This document shows, in pieces, positions 60,115 to 64,000 of a stretch of DNA of 64,000 nt. The position numbers were made by a program, and so were the translations under genes. Each line of letters begins with the position of its first letter. Positions within the stretch are counted from its first letter, which is position 1. The stretch spans positions 1-64,000 of the IMG/VR virus record IMGVR_UViG_3300032307_000652; one strand, 5' to 3'. The notes beneath the pieces are model-generated. The model was not told the origin of the DNA. It was given only the letters and a program-made list of their open reading frames with translations, and did no database searches. Source of the stretch: a virus.

Positions 60115-60139
60115 TATTTATTCAAAAAACAAACATAAT

Positions 60140-61510
60140 ATGGCTGACAAAAATTTTGATTATTTGGGAGAGACCTTCCAATTACAACTTCTTAACCAAA
60201 TGATAGTTGATAAGGACTTTTCACACTCAATTATTGAGGTGATTGAACCTAACTATTTTGAAAACAAATACTTTCGTTTATTTGTTCAGATGGTAAAAGA
60301 ATACTATTCAAAGTTTGAACACAGTCCTAGTTTTGAGACAATTCAACAAAAAGCTAAGAGTGAAATTAGTCAGGAGTTATTATTAAAGATAACTCTTGAC
60401 ACTATTTCTGATATACAAAATGTTACCGAAGAAGGTACTCAGTTTGTTCAGGAGAAGGCTTTGAAGTTTTGTAAACAACAAGAACTTCAAAAGGTTATGG
60501 ATAAAGCTAAAAAAATCATTGACCACGGTGAGTTTGAAAACTACGACACTTTGGAAGAAATGGTTAGAGAGGCTTTACAGGTTGGAAACGTGGATAGAGG
60601 AACAGGGGATGTGTTTCAAGACTTAGATGAAGTATTAGCGGATGATTACAGACATCCAATCCCAATGGGAATACCGGGTATTGACAATCTTTTGAAAGGT
60701 GGTTTGGCAAAAGGAGAAATTGGTGTTATATTAGCACCCACAGGTGTTGGTAAATCAACATTAACAACAAAGATTGCCAATCACGCTTTTAATTTAGGAT
60801 TTAATGTTTTACAAATTTTCTTTGAAGATAATTATAAAATTATTCAGAGAAAACATTTTACATGTTGGACAGGTATTGCTCCTGATGAACTGAGTAATCA
60901 TAAAGAAACAGTATTGGCAAAGGTTGCTGAAATTAAAGAGAAAATGCCAAACAAGTTAGTGATGAAGAAGTTACCTTCTGACACATTAACTATGAATCAG
61001 ATTAAAAATCAGATTAGAAAAATGATTGCTGATGGGACAAAGATTGATATGGTTATTTTAGATTATATCGATTGTGTTACACCTGAGAAAATGATGGAAG
61101 ACGAATGGAAATCTGAGGGTTCAGTTATGAGAGCATTTGAATCTATGTGTCACGAATTGGACATCGCAGGGTGGACGGCGACACAAGGTAATAGAAGTTC
61201 TATTTCATCAGATGTGGTAACTACCGACCAAATGGGTGGTTCTATTAAGAAAGCTCAAGTAGGACACGTCATCATCACGGTGGCAAAATCACTACAACAA
61301 AAAGAATTGAATCTTGCGACTATTGCGATTACAAAGTCGAGAATTGGTAAAGACGGGGTAGTATTTGAGAACTGTAAATTCAATAACGAAATGTTAGAAA
61401 TTGATACAGAAAGTACTACAACATTCTTAGGACTTGAGGAACAAAAGGAAGAAAGAAATAGAAACAGGATTAAAGAAATTATGGAGAAAAGAAAACAACA
61501 AACAGTATAA
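60140..61510 (+). CDS. DnaB-like replicative helicase (T4 gp41-like)
   Basis: APTGVGKS, FFED, LDYID, TATQGNR, KSRIGKDG. Confidence 0.93.
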   Translation: MADKNFDYLGETFQLQLLNQMIVDKDFSHSIIEVIEPNYFENKYFRLFVQMVKEYYSKFEHSPSFETIQQKAKSEISQELLLKITLDTISDIQNVTEEGTQFVQEKALKFCKQQELQKVMDKAKKIIDHGEFENYDTLEEMVREALQVGNVDRGTGDVFQDLDEVLADDYRHPIPMGIPGIDNLLKGGLAKGEIGVILAPTGVGKSTLTTKIANHAFNLGFNVLQIFFEDNYKIIQRKHFTCWTGIAPDELSNHKETVLAKVAEIKEKMPNKLVMKKLPSDTLTMNQIKNQIRKMIADGTKIDMVILDYIDCVTPEKMMEDEWKSEGSVMRAFESMCHELDIAGWTATQGNRSSISSDVVTTDQMGGSIKKAQVGHVIITVAKSLQQKELNLATIAITKSRIGKDGVVFENCKFNNEMLEIDTESTTTFLGLEEQKEERNRNRIKEIMEKRKQQTV

Positions 61511-61523
61511 TTATTAAAACAAT

Positions 61524-62483
61524 ATGGAACAAAAAATGGAAAAAATTTTAGTAGAAAATCCAAATCGTTTTGTAATTTTCCCAATACAATATAATGATAT
61601 TTGGGAATTTTATAAGATGCATCAAGCTGCGTTTTGGACAGCAGAAGAAATCGATTTAAGCGGTGACCTACGTGACTGGGAAAACTTATCAGAAAATGAA
61701 CAATATTTTATCAAAAATATTTTATCGTTTTTCGCGGCATCAGATGGTATCGTAAATGAAAACTTGGCTGAAAATTTCTATAGAGAAGTACAATATCCTG
61801 AAGCTAAGTTTTTCTATGGTATGCAACTTGCTATGGAGAACATTCACAGTTTAATGTATTCACTTCTTATTGATACTTACGTGTCAAATGAAGAAGAAAA
61901 AAACAAATGTTTTACTGCGTTAGATAATTTACCTGCGGTTCAGAAGAAGGCTAAATGGGCTTTGGATTGGATTGAAAATGCGTCGTTCCAAGAAAGATTG
62001 GTGGCATTTGCGGCTGTTGAAGGCATCTTCTTTTCAGGTTCATTCTGTTCTATTTTCTGGTTAAAATCAAGAGGTATTATGCAAGGATTGTGTAATGCTA
62101 ACGCTTTGATTTTCAAAGACGAAAACCTACACTGTGACTTTGCAATTCACTTGTTAAACAATCACGTTGAAAACAAACCAAGTGAAAAGAGAATTAAAGA
62201 AATTCTACTTTCAGCTCTTGAGATTGAAAAAGAATTCATCACTGAATCACTACCTGTTTCTTTAATTGGTATGAACCAAAACTTAATGAAACAATATCTT
62301 GAGTTTGTTGTTGATGGTCTATTGGTAAAGTTTGGATGTAAAAAACAATTTAATGTTGAACAACCATTTAAGTTCATGGAACAAATTGCGGTTGAAACAA
62401 AAGGTAATTTCTTCGAGTCAAGAACTGTTGAATACCAAAAAGCTAAATTGAATGAAACATTGTCCTTTACTGACGATTTCTAA
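61524..62483 (+). CDS. nrdB: class Ia ribonucleotide reductase beta subunit
   Basis: [21 protein letters not shown] (radical Tyr), [19 protein letters not shown]. Confidence 0.96.
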   Translation: MEQKMEKILVENPNRFVIFPIQYNDIWEFYKMHQAAFWTAEEIDLSGDLRDWENLSENEQYFIKNILSFFAASDGIVNENLAENFYREVQYPEAKFFYGMQLAMENIHSLMYSLLIDTYVSNEEEKNKCFTALDNLPAVQKKAKWALDWIENASFQERLVAFAAVEGIFFSGSFCSIFWLKSRGIMQGLCNANALIFKDENLHCDFAIHLLNNHVENKPSEKRIKEILLSALEIEKEFITESLPVSLIGMNQNLMKQYLEFVVDGLLVKFGCKKQFNVEQPFKFMEQIAVETKGNFFESRTVEYQKAKLNETLSFTDDF

Positions 62484-62503
62484 TTTATTATTTTTATAGA
62501 ACT

Positions 62504-64000
62504 ATGATGTCACTTAAAATTAAAAAGAGAGGTGGAGATGATGCGTCATTTAATCCACAAAAAATTTATAACCGTATTAAAAGAGCTTCAAAGGGATTGA
62601 GTGTCAACTCCGATGAAATCTTTATTAAGGTTATCACTTCAGTACCAACTGAAGGTATTATTACAACAAAAGAATTAGATAAGTTAATCTATGAAATTGC
62701 TGCGGCATTTACAGGTAGTCATCACGATTATTCAAGACTAGCTTCATCAGTAGCTATTTCATCTTACCATAAAGAAACTGACCCAAGTTTTTCAAACACA
62801 ATGAATTTGCTACATGGTGAAGGTATCATCAATGATAAATTAATGGAAATTATTGAGGATTATGGGTCAAGTAATATTGATGCGATTATCAATCATGATA
62901 ATGATTATAACTTTGACTACTTTGCTTGGAGGTCACTTTCTGAAATGTATCTTTTGAAACTATCTGATGGTAAGGTAGTTGAACGTCCGCAACATATGTA
63001 TATGAGAGTTGCTCTTTGGGTAACTAATACATTTGAAGAAGCGGTTGAATACTATCAGGCGTTATCTAACCAAAGAATTTCACCGGCAACACCAATTATG
63101 ATTAATGCTGGTACAAAGGTTCCACAATTGGCATCTTGTGTTCTTCATTACAATGATTCAGATTCTCGTGAAGGTTTGTTGAATACTATGAGAGACATCT
63201 CAACCTATTCATCAGACGCTGCGGGTATCGGATTATCAATGTCTAACATTCGTAGTAAGGAGAGTCGTATTTCATCTTCAGGTGGATACGCTGGTGGATT
63301 GTTGAAGTATTTGAAGATTGTTAATGAGTCACTTCGTTTCTTTAACCAACAAGGACGTAGACCAGGTTCTGCGGCAATTTACTTGGAACCTTGGCATAAA
63401 GATATCTTTGATTTGTTGGATATTAAAAAGAACACAGGTGCTGAGGAATTAAGAGCACGTGATTTATTTACCGCTCTTTGGATACCTGATAACTTCATGA
63501 GGGCAGTTAAGAACAATGATGATTGGTATTTGTTCTGTCCTAATGATATTATTAAGGCAGGTATCAAACCATTACAAGAATCTTATGGTGATGAGTACGA
63601 GGAGAATTATGACAAAGCCGTTGAGTTAGGTCTTGGTAAAAAAGTTAAGGCTCAAGAAATTTGGAATAAAATTATTGAATCACAAGTTGAAACAGGTGTT
63701 CCATATCTATGTTCTAAAGATAGTGCCAACAGAAAAACAAACCATCAGAACATTGGTGTAATTAAACAATCAAATCTTTGTAATGAGATTTACCAATATA
63801 CTGACGAGAAAACAACTGCAATCTGTACTCTTTCATCTATGGTGTTAAAGAACTATGTAAAAGACGGTGAGTTTGATTTTAATGGGTTGTATGAAGAAAC
63901 TCGTAAAGTTGTAAGAGCGTTAAACAAAGTTGTTAACATCAACAATTACTCAACTGAAAAGGGACGTAAGGGTGGATTGGAACAAAGAGCAATTGCTATT
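62504..64000 (+). CDS. nrdA: class Ia ribonucleotide reductase alpha subunit with ATP cone (truncated by window edge)
   Basis: Not in the ORF track; MMSLKIKKRGG..FNPQKI, ERPQHMYMRVA, SPATP, QLASC, KQSNLCNEI, TAICTL. Confidence 0.95.
   Translation, partial: MMSLKIKKRGGDDASFNPQKIYNRIKRASKGLSVNSDEIFIKVITSVPTEGIITTKELDKLIYEIAAAFTGSHHDYSRLASSVAISSYHKETDPSFSNTMNLLHGEGIINDKLMEIIEDYGSSNIDAIINHDNDYNFDYFAWRSLSEMYLLKLSDGKVVERPQHMYMRVALWVTNTFEEAVEYYQALSNQRISPATPIMINAGTKVPQLASCVLHYNDSDSREGLLNTMRDISTYSSDAAGIGLSMSNIRSKESRISSSGGYAGGLLKYLKIVNESLRFFNQQGRRPGSAAIYLEPWHKDIFDLLDIKKNTGAEELRARDLFTALWIPDNFMRAVKNNDDWYLFCPNDIIKAGIKPLQESYGDEYEENYDKAVELGLGKKVKAQEIWNKIIESQVETGVPYLCSKDSANRKTNHQNIGVIKQSNLCNEIYQYTDEKTTAICTLSSMVLKNYVKDGEFDFNGLYEETRKVVRALNKVVNINNYSTEKGRKGGLEQRAIAI

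Noticed and set aside
2502-63567. Short antisense or alternate-frame ORFs in the track (e.g. 2502-2693, 21946-22446, 36517-36801, 43572-43925, 61255-61584, 63379-63567)
   Set aside because: They overlap well-supported genes and show shadow-ORF composition without motifs
1-64000. Eukaryotic giant virus (NCLDV) origin, suggested by PolB, SNF2, eukaryote-like RNR and sugar enzymes
   Set aside because: Sheath, tube, neck, baseplate, gp32, UvsX and gp41-like genes, coupled operons and intrinsic terminators indicate a tailed bacteriophage
1-64000. Stop-codon reassignment as in some large phages
   Set aside because: Genes are full length and tightly packed under code 11, and TAA, TGA and TAG all end genes

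Overview
The window is a gene-dense, AT-rich segment of a large T4-like contractile-tailed (myovirus-type) phage genome read with standard code 11. Starts lack Shine-Dalgarno sequences, which fits but does not prove a Bacteroidota host. From left to right: (1) a truncated gp55-like late sigma factor at the end of a ~20 kb minus-strand operon with about 12 glycosyltransferase genes, 3 methyltransferases, a Gmd + ColD-type + reductase nucleotide-sugar pathway (probably GDP-colitose), PhoH, a HAD nucleotidase, dUTPase and a 3'-5' exonuclease; (2) small late genes including a stand-alone WYL protein; (3) a 1303-aa LamG/Pro-Thr-repeat virion protein; (4) family B DNA polymerase; (5) neck genes, a SOD::PD-(D/E)XK fusion and an SNF2 helicase; (6) a tail module (terminator, sheath, tube, chaperone pair, tape measure, baseplate); (7) a replication block (gp32-like SSB, RecA/UvsX, 5'-3' exonuclease, DnaB-like helicase, NrdB, truncated NrdA). 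The most notable observations are a candidate virion-glycosylation system with a strongly enriched [ST]-G-x-T motif in structural proteins; shared (I/L/V)-x-E leaders on late non-structural proteins (possible capsid cargo); a SOD-nuclease fusion; a late promoter motif TATTTAT that is the reverse complement of the T4 late promoter; a tail chaperone pair needing a +1 (not -1) frameshift; an H-type pseudoknot in the polymerase leader; and an unannotated RHH repressor with a direct-repeat operator. All family assignments are by motif recognition by eye, with no database searches run.
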